Origin: Acaryochloris marina MBIC11017
GTDB taxonomy: Bacteria > Cyanobacteriota > Cyanobacteriia > Thermosynechococcales > Thermosynechococcaceae
Direction of reading: 5' to 3'
DNA length: 32,000 bases
NCBI RefSeq assembly: GCF_000018105.1
Contig: NC_009925.1
Span: 1,020,001-1,052,000, forward strand
In this document: positions 18,942 through 26,868 of the stretch, piece after piece
Numbering within the stretch: position 1 is the first letter of the stretch
How the letters are laid out: each line of letters opens with the position of its first letter
Made by a program: the position numbers and the translations under genes
Notes under the pieces: model-generated
Told to the model about the DNA's origin: nothing
The model's input: the letters and a program-made list of their open reading frames with translations, nothing else
The model's database searches: none

Positions 18942-19190
18942 GCAAGGTGTTGCATAAAATCACTCAGATTCGGTTTCTTTTCGCTAATGTTCAATTTCAT
19001 CGGAAGCTTGTGCTGCCGTGCTCTGCTGCAGTACCAATTCTTCTTTCATAAATTTGAACGTTTCATTGCAGACTTGAATCTGTAGCCTGCAATCTGGGAA
19101 AGCTATATCACATCGTTCCTTGCTCCCACGGCTTGTGTGGACTTTGAGCAATGATATTTGTAGTTTGGTGAGCGGCAATTAGAGAGCATC

Positions 19191-20204
19191 ATGACAACTT
19201 GGTATTTCAACTACGGCAGCGATCGCTTAGGTCCCTTTGACGAGAAGCAGGCGATTGACCAAGCTAGACAAAATCCTAATGGCTATTGCTGGCGACAGGG
19301 ATTTACCGATTGGCTGCCCATTGCTCAAGTGGCCGAACTTCAGGGAGATGCTGTTGCCGCTGTGGCCCCCCCTCCCCCACCTCCCGTAGGACCGGGTGCA
19401 GCCCATGAGATTGACTATCAAATCTACGGCGAAGACATGCAGTTTGTCGAAGTCGAACTTGATCCAGGTGAAAGTGCCGTGGCTGAGGCGGGAGCCATGA
19501 TGTACAAAGATGCCGTAGTCCAAATGGAAACGATTTTTGGTGATGGGTCGGCCCAAGCGTCTCAGGGGGGCTTTATGGATAAGTTAGTCGGCGCAGGCAA
19601 ACGTCTGGTTACGGGCGAAAGCTTGTTCACAACTGTATTTACCCACGGCGGTCCCCAAGGGAAAGCCCATGTCGCTTTTGCGGCTCCGTATCCTGGCACG
19701 ATTATTGCCGCCAAACTCAGTGATTATGGCGGACGGTTAATTTGTCAAAAAGACAGTTTCCTCTGCGCTGCAAAAGGGGTTCAAATTGGCATTCATTTCC
19801 AAAAGAAAATTCTGACGGGGCTTTTTGGAGGTGAAGGCTTCATTATGCAGAAGCTAGATGGGACAGGATTGGCCTTTCTCCATGCCGGTGGGACGGTGGT
19901 TCAACGGGACCTGAAAGCGGGCGAAACCTTACATGTAGATACGGGTTGTCTCGTTGCCCTGACTGATTCTGTCCACTACGACATTCAGCAAGCAGGCAAT
20001 GTTAAGTCCATTATCTTTGGTGGAGAAGGATTATTTTTCGCGACCCTAACTGGACCGGGGCATGTGTGGCTACAATCTCTTCCCTTCTCTAGAATGGCAG
20101 GACGGATGTTAGCAGCAGCGCCTCAAAGAAGTGGAGGGAGTAGTCGTGGTGAAGGATCTTTGCTAGGAAGCCTTGGTGACTTGCTAGATGGTGATAACTT
20201 TTAG
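19191..20204 (+). CDS. GYF_2 domain, poly-proline linker, then TIGR00266/AIM24 (DUF124) family domain
   Basis: N-terminus [19 protein letters not shown]....[20 protein letters not shown] (GYF_2/DUF4339 pattern). Linker [11 protein letters not shown]. The remainder ([30 protein letters not shown]...[13 protein letters not shown]...[19 protein letters not shown]) matches the AIM24/TIGR00266 pattern. Confidence 0.8.
   Translation: MTTWYFNYGSDRLGPFDEKQAIDQARQNPNGYCWRQGFTDWLPIAQVAELQGDAVAAVAPPPPPPVGPGAAHEIDYQIYGEDMQFVEVELDPGESAVAEAGAMMYKDAVVQMETIFGDGSAQASQGGFMDKLVGAGKRLVTGESLFTTVFTHGGPQGKAHVAFAAPYPGTIIAAKLSDYGGRLICQKDSFLCAAKGVQIGIHFQKKILTGLFGGEGFIMQKLDGTGLAFLHAGGTVVQRDLKAGETLHVDTGCLVALTDSVHYDIQQAGNVKSIIFGGEGLFFATLTGPGHVWLQSLPFSRMAGRMLAAAPQRSGGSSRGEGSLLGSLGDLLDGDNF
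19219..19226. repeat. HIP1 palindrome GCGATCGC
   Basis: Exact octamer read from the sequence. Confidence 0.95.
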
Positions 20205-20216
20205 GAGTTGCTAACA

Positions 20217-20255
20217 CCTGCTGTAACCAGGCACGTACGGCAGGCTTTGATTTTT
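20217..20255 (+). terminator. Candidate intrinsic terminator after the AIM24-family gene
   Basis: Stem CCTGCTG (20217..20223) pairs with CGGCAGG (20238..20244), 7 bp including one G-U. The 14-nt loop is followed by CTTTGATTTTT. The loop is long, so this call is weak. Confidence 0.3.
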
Positions 20256-20295
20256 CCTCCGACTGAGTGCTCCGGTTCAAGGCTTTGTGCGGATT

Positions 20296-20893
20296 TCAAC
20301 GCCAGTTTGGATTGTCGCTGGAAACAAAACTGTTGAACAGCGATTCATACCGCCAGCCGTCGTCAGCAATCAGCGTGCAATCGGTTGCATGGATTGAATC
20401 GTGCAAAGTCTTTATTGGATCATCGATATCCGGAATAGGCAAGACACTCATGATTCGGTTTCGCGCGTCTGGTAGGTCCGGATAATCATCGGTGTATTTA
20501 CGCTCCATGAAGACGGCGGTCTTGTGCATCTCGGCGAGGGAACCATTGCCTGAGAACTTGAGCAAGTCACACCAATAGGGAACGGCCATAAGAATGCCGA
20601 GAAATTCAGTCAAGTTTTTTTACCACACAGCCTGCTTGCCCTTCGGAAGTCGCGTGAAGAATTGGAAGCGTATCCTGATCACCCGTTCCGTATGCGAGAA
20701 AGACACCGCCGGTGCTTTCACCAGCGATCACGTCAAACGGCACTTCTGGATCGAGTTTGATCCAAGAGGGGTCTTCGTCGGCACGAGACAAGTCAAAATT
20801 GAAGGGCCATGCGAGATCTTCGATAAGCTGTGAAGACGAGTTTAGGTCAGCGATGATGATCATCATTCTTAGAGCGTCAGATTTGCCGCACAA
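20296..20893 (-). pseudogene. SUKH/SMI1-KNR4-like (immunity-protein-like) gene split into two ORFs by a frameshift at an A7 homopolymer
   Basis: The upstream ORF (20606..20893) ends ...VIAGESTGGVFLAYGTGDQDTLPILHATSEGQAGCVVKKLD*. The downstream ORF (20296..20613, TTG start) begins TEFLGILMAVPYW. Removing one A from the A7 run (plus-strand T7 at 20615..20621) fuses them as ...GCVVKNLTEFLGIL.... The (I/V)AG(D/E)..GG...., HE-like and (S/T)EFL motifs resemble SUKH domains. Confidence 0.55.
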
Positions 20894-21000
20894 CGGATGT
20901 TGTCATTCTTTTCAAGCTTTCTAGTGCCAATCTTACTCTTCAGCACCAAAATTAGGCATTGACATTCACATTTATCTGAAGGTTAATCGCCATTAGATAA

Positions 21001-22170
21001 ATGTTTGGAGTACCTCCATTGAATTGGCCTAATCTTAGTCTTTCCCGTAGACAAGTTGCGATCGCAGTCTGTACCTGCCTAGTTTTAATTGGCTTTCACT
21101 TCCATTCTCCCCACGGAGCCTCAGCCAAGTCCTCCACCAACCAGCTAGAAATTGTGGCTGAACTCACCCAGGGGGCAGAAGTCGGAAATATTGCCGTTAC
21201 GGCAGATAAGCGGATTTTTTGTAGCGTCCATAGCTTCTTTGGCAACCAAAACCGGGCCATCGAAGTACTTGATCAAAGAAATTGGCAAATCTATCCCAAT
21301 TCAGATTGGGGGAAAGCCCCGGATGCCAGCCCTCCCAATTGGTCAGGTCTCAACAATACGTTGGGAATTCAGGCAGATGGTAGGGGGAATATTTGGTTCT
21401 TGGATAATCCTAATCCCGCCTTTCCCACAGGACGCTTAATTGCCTGGGATACGCGACGAAACGAACTTCATCAGGTGATTTATTTACCCCCACCCGTGAT
21501 CACAGAGAATGCCTTTCTCAATGATTTTGCGGTGGATGCCAAGCATGAAGCCATTTACATTGCCGATACTGCAGGTGGACCTGATGCTGCGCTGATTGTG
21601 GTTGATCTAAAGACTGGTTTAGCCCGTAGAGTTCTGCAAGGTAGCCCAAATACTGTTCCAGAAGACATCGATATCGAGATTGACGGTCGCGTCATTTCCT
21701 TAGGAGAGACTCCAGCCCGAATCGGCGTTAATCCCATTACCATCGATCCGGCCTATCAATGGGTTTACTTTGGGGCAATGAATGGCAGATCGCTCTTTCG
21801 AATTCGCACCTCGGATTTATTGAATCAATCCTTAGATGAGCAGCAATTAAAGCAAAAAGTCCAACGCTATGGCGATAAACCAATCAGTGACGGGATTACG
21901 GCGGATAGTGCTGGCAATATTTACATTACAGACATTACGGCAAATGCGATTGGTGTAACCAACGCCGCTGGCAAATATCAAATTCTCTATCAAGACGATC
22001 AGAAACTGAGTTGGCCAGATGGCTTAGCAATTGGCCCCGATGGCTATGTTTATGGAACGGTCAATCAACTCCACAAATCACCTTCTTTAAATGGGGGTAA
22101 CAATGATGCGATCGCACCTTTTTTGATTGTTCGGTTCCCTGCTTTAGCACCTAGCAGCGTCGGTCGATAA
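21001..22170 (+). CDS. Secreted or membrane-anchored beta-propeller protein of the major royal jelly protein / yellow-like family
   Basis: N-terminal hydrophobic anchor VAIAVCTCLVLIGF. LGIQADGRGNIWFLDNPNP, FLNDFAVDAKHEAIYIADTAGGPDAALIVVDLKTGLARRVL and SLFRIRTSDL resemble the MRJP/yellow motifs (RLWVLD, YISD...GLIVYD...WR). The assignment is from memory. Confidence 0.6.
   Translation: MFGVPPLNWPNLSLSRRQVAIAVCTCLVLIGFHFHSPHGASAKSSTNQLEIVAELTQGAEVGNIAVTADKRIFCSVHSFFGNQNRAIEVLDQRNWQIYPNSDWGKAPDASPPNWSGLNNTLGIQADGRGNIWFLDNPNPAFPTGRLIAWDTRRNELHQVIYLPPPVITENAFLNDFAVDAKHEAIYIADTAGGPDAALIVVDLKTGLARRVLQGSPNTVPEDIDIEIDGRVISLGETPARIGVNPITIDPAYQWVYFGAMNGRSLFRIRTSDLLNQSLDEQQLKQKVQRYGDKPISDGITADSAGNIYITDITANAIGVTNAAGKYQILYQDDQKLSWPDGLAIGPDGYVYGTVNQLHKSPSLNGGNNDAIAPFLIVRFPALAPSSVGR
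21058..21065. repeat. HIP1 palindrome GCGATCGC
   Basis: Exact octamer read from the sequence. Confidence 0.95.
22108..22115. repeat. HIP1 palindrome GCGATCGC
   Basis: Exact octamer read from the sequence. Confidence 0.95.
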
Positions 22171-22473
22171 AAACAAGATCTCAGCCCCAGCGTTTATCCC
22201 AGGAAGATGGCTGATTATCCTTGAGCTTGAAAGTTCAACTGCCCATCAATCCCTTGAACTCATTAGGACGATATTTCCCTGCCAACCATTACAAGTCAGC
22301 AGGAAAATGGGTATCGTTGACGCAGTCGCTTAAGCCAATTAACTTACGTTGAGCCTCATGAACTGGAAGGATTGGGAAGTCGACTCTTTCTATATCAGCT
22401 TTTATATGCTGGCTAGCTTAAGCCATCTGAATCCTTAATCTCTCAGCTACCTTGAAGGGCATCGATAACGGAA

Positions 22474-23583
22474 TCAGGACGTTGTTGCTTGGGAGTAACT
22501 CACCTCTTCTTCGCCAATTGCCATCAACCTTAGCCATCTGTAGTTAGAAGCGATAGCCTTTGCAAAGGTTGGGTACACCATATAATTGACGCCAAATTCT
22601 TGGCAAACTTCAGCCACGATTGGAGCAATTTGGGGATAGTGAATATGACAGATTTGAGGGAATAAGTGGTGTACAGCTTGATAGTTGAGTCCACCCACAT
22701 ACCAGTTTAAGAAAGGATTACGAGGCGCAAAGTCCGCAGTTGTTCTCAACTGAAAAATTGCCCATTCATCTTCAATCTGGTTCGATTCGGGATCAGGCTT
22801 AGGGAAGTCAATGCCCTCCATGACATGGGCCAACATAAAAATCTCACAGACAATGGCTCCATAGGTCCAATAGGCGATACAGAAACCCAACACTATCTGT
22901 AAGGGAGAGTATCCCACCAAATAAGGGGTGACCATAAAGAACGACACACCGATGATTCGCCCCACCCAAAAGGTGACGTAATCAATGGGTTGCCTGGTTG
23001 GAAGGGTGTTGGTTTGATAGGGGGTATTGCGGATAAACCGTTGAATATCTCTGAAATACCAATAAATAGGAATAAAGGGATAAATAAACCAAATCCAATA
23101 ATGTTGCCATCGGTGGTGAGGCTTATGGTCCGTATGGGGCGACATACGAACGACGCCATCTCCCTCGATTTCGTTGTCATACCCTTCAATATTGGTGTAG
23201 ATATGATGGAGCTGATTATGGCGAAATTTCCATAAAAAGCTAGAGACACCAATAACGTCGTAACAACTGCCAACAATCCGATTGACCAGGGGACTCGACG
23301 AGTAACCACCATGATTGGCATCATGGCCTACGCTCATACCGAAGCCAGCCACTCCCATTCCTAAGGCCACACATCCCAGTATCTTGATGGCAAGATTGGG
23401 TGGCCCAAAGAGGATGATGCTCCAAGCGGTCAGCGTCCAAGCGGTAATCACTAGCGTCTTGAAATACATCGCTGGATTATCCCGAGGCCTGATATTGTTT
23501 GTGGCGAAATATTCGTTAACCCGTCGGCTCAATTCTTTCCTAAACCCGACGTTCCTGGCAAAGGTAACTTGTGGATTTGTCAA
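22474..23583 (-). CDS. Membrane fatty-acid desaturase of the front-end type (DesD / delta-6-like), no cytochrome b5 fusion
   Basis: Three His boxes: HDANH, HNQLHH and QAVHH (Gln in the third box is the front-end hallmark). Hydrophobic spans are present. Its 369 aa length is similar to Synechocystis DesD. Confidence 0.8.
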   Translation of the reverse strand: MTNPQVTFARNVGFRKELSRRVNEYFATNNIRPRDNPAMYFKTLVITAWTLTAWSIILFGPPNLAIKILGCVALGMGVAGFGMSVGHDANHGGYSSSPLVNRIVGSCYDVIGVSSFLWKFRHNQLHHIYTNIEGYDNEIEGDGVVRMSPHTDHKPHHRWQHYWIWFIYPFIPIYWYFRDIQRFIRNTPYQTNTLPTRQPIDYVTFWVGRIIGVSFFMVTPYLVGYSPLQIVLGFCIAYWTYGAIVCEIFMLAHVMEGIDFPKPDPESNQIEDEWAIFQLRTTADFAPRNPFLNWYVGGLNYQAVHHLFPQICHIHYPQIAPIVAEVCQEFGVNYMVYPTFAKAIASNYRWLRLMAIGEEEVSYSQATTS

Positions 23584-23824
23584 TTTCGATACCTGTTTAG
23601 TTGATCGAATTTTATATCTAAACCTTGCCCTTAAATGAGAAATATTGGATTTCAGATAGTTATCTTAATCAAATAATGATGGAACGTTGGCCAGCACTAC
23701 AGTAAATCAGGAAATACTGAGAACTGTGAAAAGTTGTATATCGACCTCCAAAAAGTCGCCATTCAAGGATATACAGGCTTTTTTGTTATCTCATCAAGAC
23801 TCAATATTGAGCGAGATGACGAGA

Positions 23825-24478
23825 TTAGGGACCTGGGAACAAAGGACCCACTTCACCGGATTTCCACTGGGGATACTTGCCCATAATTTGCTGAAAGAGG
23901 TCGGATTCTAAAAATTCTCCTAACCAAGTCTGTAGATGGGGCCAAGGTTGAGCATCAAACCAAGGTCGATCGGTATTGGCGAATTGGCGAACAAATGGAG
24001 CTATCGCCATATCTGCCCAGGATCTGTGCTGATCACAAAGATAAGTTGTTTCGCCTAGTTGATGATTCAACGTTTCCAAAAATTTAGAGCCCTCAGCCCG
24101 GTGCTCTTGGGCATTGGTGTTTTCGTAGCGTTGGGCGTACTTGTAGCGGTCTAGGTGATGCTTAAAATGACCATCACATGCCGCCACTAAAGCGTGCAGG
24201 TGTGCCATTTGCCCTGAATCTGCCCGAAGCCATACTTCAGAATCCTGTTGCTTAAGCGCCCACATCATAATTTCTAGGCTTTCTTCCAGGATAGAACCGT
24301 CCACCTGAACTAGGACAGGAACCGTTCCTTTAGGGGAAATATCCAGCATCTCCTGGGGCTTGTCTCGCAACACTACTTCCCGAAGTTCACAGATCTGTTG
24401 GCTAACGGTTAAAGCCAATCGCGCCCGCATGGCATAGGGACAGCGGCGAAAGGAATACAAGATAGGATAGGTTGCCAT
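23825..24478 (-). CDS. Cys-type glutathione S-transferase / glutaredoxin-2-like protein
   Basis: Thioredoxin-fold N-terminus ILYSFRRCPYAMRARLAL...GTVPVL followed by an alpha-helical GST_C-like half. Lies 5 nt downstream of the trhO-like gene. Confidence 0.65.
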   Translation of the reverse strand: MATYPILYSFRRCPYAMRARLALTVSQQICELREVVLRDKPQEMLDISPKGTVPVLVQVDGSILEESLEIMMWALKQQDSEVWLRADSGQMAHLHALVAACDGHFKHHLDRYKYAQRYENTNAQEHRAEGSKFLETLNHQLGETTYLCDQHRSWADMAIAPFVRQFANTDRPWFDAQPWPHLQTWLGEFLESDLFQQIMGKYPQWKSGEVGPLFPGP

Positions 24479-24483
24479 GGAAA

Positions 24484-25416
24484 TTAGCCGGGTTGATGAC
24501 GGGAATATTTCGCCCCGATGTGGACTTGATTTCGTTGCTTAGCCAGCTCGATCTGCCGCTGACGTTCAGCAAATCGTTGTTGTTGCTCTTCGGTTTTGGT
24601 GCCATAGCAGTGGGGACAACTTTGGCCAGGCACATAGTGCTCCGACTTCATATCCTCGGGACTAATGGGCGTGCGACAGGCTCGACATAGCTGATATCGT
24701 CCCGGCTTAAGGCCATGGCCGACGGCAACCCGTTCATCAAAGACAAAACAATCCCCTTGCCACAGACTTTCATCTTCTGGCACTTTCTCTAGGTAGCTGA
24801 GAATGCCCCCCTGCAGGTGAAAAACGTCTTCAAATCCTTCATGCCGCAATAAAGCAGTTGATTTCTCACAGCGAATGCCGCCCGTACAGAACATGGCAAC
24901 TTTCGGCTTCTTCTGCAATTCAGCCTGTTCCTGTAGCCATTCAGGCAACTCTGAAAAACTTTTAGTGTTGGGATTGATAGCGCCTTTAAACGTGCCAATG
25001 GCTACTTCATAGTCGTTGCGTACATCAATAACCACCACATCTGGATCGGCGAGTAGCTGATTCCAGTCTTCTGGCTTCACGTATTCCCCAACGGTTTGGG
25101 TGGGATCAATGTCTGGCACCCCCATTTTGATGATTTCTTTTTTCAGTCGGACCTTCATGCGATAAAAGGGCCGTTTCTCCGACCAGGATTCCTTCGGTGC
25201 TAAATCTGCAAATCGTGGATCTCCACACAGAAAATCTAGGACCGTGTGAATGTTGTGGGGGAGACCTGCGATCGCACCATTGATTCCTTCTGTCGCTAAG
25301 AGAATCGTGCCTTGAACGTCATTATCTTGGCAGCATGCTAAAAGAGGGGCCTTCAACTCCGCATAATCTTGCAGCTCAACGAATTTATAGAAGGCAACCG
25401 TTAAAAATTCAGACAT
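24484..25416 (-). CDS. trhO: Rhodanese-domain protein of the UPF0176/YceA family (tRNA U34 hydroxylase TrhO)
   Basis: VAFYKFVELQDY...GTILLATEGINGAIAG. Rhodanese active-site loop FCTGGIRCEKS. C-terminal Cys cluster CRACRTPIS...CPHC. I chose the ATG at 25414..25416 (MSEFLTVAFYKF); the ORF is open to 25464. Confidence 0.85.
   Translation of the reverse strand: MSEFLTVAFYKFVELQDYAELKAPLLACCQDNDVQGTILLATEGINGAIAGLPHNIHTVLDFLCGDPRFADLAPKESWSEKRPFYRMKVRLKKEIIKMGVPDIDPTQTVGEYVKPEDWNQLLADPDVVVIDVRNDYEVAIGTFKGAINPNTKSFSELPEWLQEQAELQKKPKVAMFCTGGIRCEKSTALLRHEGFEDVFHLQGGILSYLEKVPEDESLWQGDCFVFDERVAVGHGLKPGRYQLCRACRTPISPEDMKSEHYVPGQSCPHCYGTKTEEQQQRFAERQRQIELAKQRNQVHIGAKYSRHQPG
25268..25275. repeat. HIP1 palindrome GCGATCGC
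   Basis: Exact octamer read from the sequence. Confidence 0.95.
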
Positions 25417-25602
25417 TAATGTTAATTGAAAATATCGAGGAATAAGCGAGGCAAAACCCTTCACCCTGAAGGTTTAATGCGTCAAGCTGTTTCCTATGTT
25501 AGGACATCCCCATACATCCTAGATATTGCAATAGCCCAAACATTGCCCCAACCGATCTTCCGAAAATATGGCTAGAGTCAAATAGGAGGCTCAATCAGAT
25601 GT

Positions 25603-26652
25603 CTAAAAAGATTGACCAGCTGTAACAGATCTCAATTGGTTGCCCTGTTTTAGCACACTCTGTTCGCCATCAAATTCAACAAAAGTTGCCCCTGTTTCAT
25701 CAATTGATTCCCCTAACTTAATATGGCGGGTAGACCCATTGATCGAAACCATAAACACAGGCTGATCACCCAAGTTAGTCCCTCCTAAAAACTTCCGCTC
25801 ACCATTGCTCGGTGGGGTTAAAGGTAAGGGTTTAACAACTGGCAACTCATCCTCTTGGGTTGTGGCCTTAGCAGCAGCAATCACCGGTGTACTGGCAGGT
25901 TTAGGTGCAGCTACAGGAGCGGGGGCTTCTGTAACAGGAACGTACACTCGCTCAACATTATTGGGAATGGAAGCTGTAGTCGAGCTTGCAACACTCACCT
26001 TAGGCACATTTGGCAAACTCGGGAGTCCCGCGCTTGGGAGTGTTGCCACCGGTTTAGGTTGTGTTCTAGCCTTGGCAGCAGCCAATTTTGCCGCTTTCGT
26101 TTCTTGATGAATTCGTTCCAAAGACTGGCTAACATAATCAGCAAAAGCCACAGTTTCTGAGGGAACCTGAGGGAGCGCGATAGCCGATCGAGGGGCGGCT
26201 GCTACAGGGGCATGCTGTAACCGCAATTGTCGTCCGACCCAAAACATACTGATGCCTACAAGGGAGACACATGCTGATGTCATCAGTAGACGTTTGCCCG
26301 TTAGTTGATTTTTGTCAGAGTTTTGTGAGGATACTAAATCAAGGCTAAGGGAAGCCTCTAGATCCTCTCTCAGAGCCAAAGTTGAATCTAATGGTGTGTA
26401 GGGTACTAATAAATCGTCCCCAGGACGATCAGACGAGTTTTGTTCCCCAGTCTCTAGCAAAGCATATCCTACATGCTCATCTCCCCTCGTTGCTAAGGCA
26501 AAGCTTGAATCATCCAGCCCCACTTCCAGATCATGGAACAACTCATCCATGAGTTCGTCAGCCCCCATACTGGCGTGAGATGTAGGCAATACGGATGATT
26601 GTTGAGATTCATCGGTGCCTAATGTAGGGTTTGAACTGACTTCCTCAAACAT
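25603..26652 (-). CDS. Hypothetical single-pass membrane protein: acidic N-terminus, Pro/Ala-rich linker, small C-terminal domain
   Basis: 349-aa ORF. TM LLMTSACVSLVGISMFWVG. Linker PAPVAAPKPASTPVIAAAKA. No family recognised. Confidence 0.55.
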   Translation of the reverse strand: MFEEVSSNPTLGTDESQQSSVLPTSHASMGADELMDELFHDLEVGLDDSSFALATRGDEHVGYALLETGEQNSSDRPGDDLLVPYTPLDSTLALREDLEASLSLDLVSSQNSDKNQLTGKRLLMTSACVSLVGISMFWVGRQLRLQHAPVAAAPRSAIALPQVPSETVAFADYVSQSLERIHQETKAAKLAAAKARTQPKPVATLPSAGLPSLPNVPKVSVASSTTASIPNNVERVYVPVTEAPAPVAAPKPASTPVIAAAKATTQEDELPVVKPLPLTPPSNGERKFLGGTNLGDQPVFMVSINGSTRHIKLGESIDETGATFVEFDGEQSVLKQGNQLRSVTAGQSF

Positions 26653-26868
26653 ATCTTTTTAGAAACGATCAAAATTTACTGCAAAGAGTACAAGAAGCTT
26701 AGCAAGTTTTAGTTTGGGCAGAAAGAACTACCCACTTCTCATAACCCCATTAAATAGCTTGCATCCAGTGTGCCCAATTCATTGCCAAAGAGATCCATCA
26801 TTCTCAATCCCCACTCATTACGGAAAGAGTTGCCGCACAAAACGCAATGTATCCTTCCACACTTATGC

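Noticed and set aside
18984-19178. 64-aa minus-strand ORF between glcD and the GYF-AIM24 gene
   Set aside because: It starts with TTG, has no recognisable ribosome-binding context or motifs, and lies in what is probably the promoter region of the downstream plus-strand gene.
22893-23324. 143-aa minus-strand ORF and plus-strand ORFs inside the desaturase gene
   Set aside because: These are alternative frames or antisense of a CDS that carries all three His boxes. They are shadow ORFs.
25805-26160. Two ~100-aa plus-strand ORFs antisense to the Pro/Ala-rich hypothetical gene
   Set aside because: Low-complexity GC-rich coding sequence commonly keeps antisense frames open. The products (Gly/Ala/Thr or Cys/Arg rich) look non-biological.
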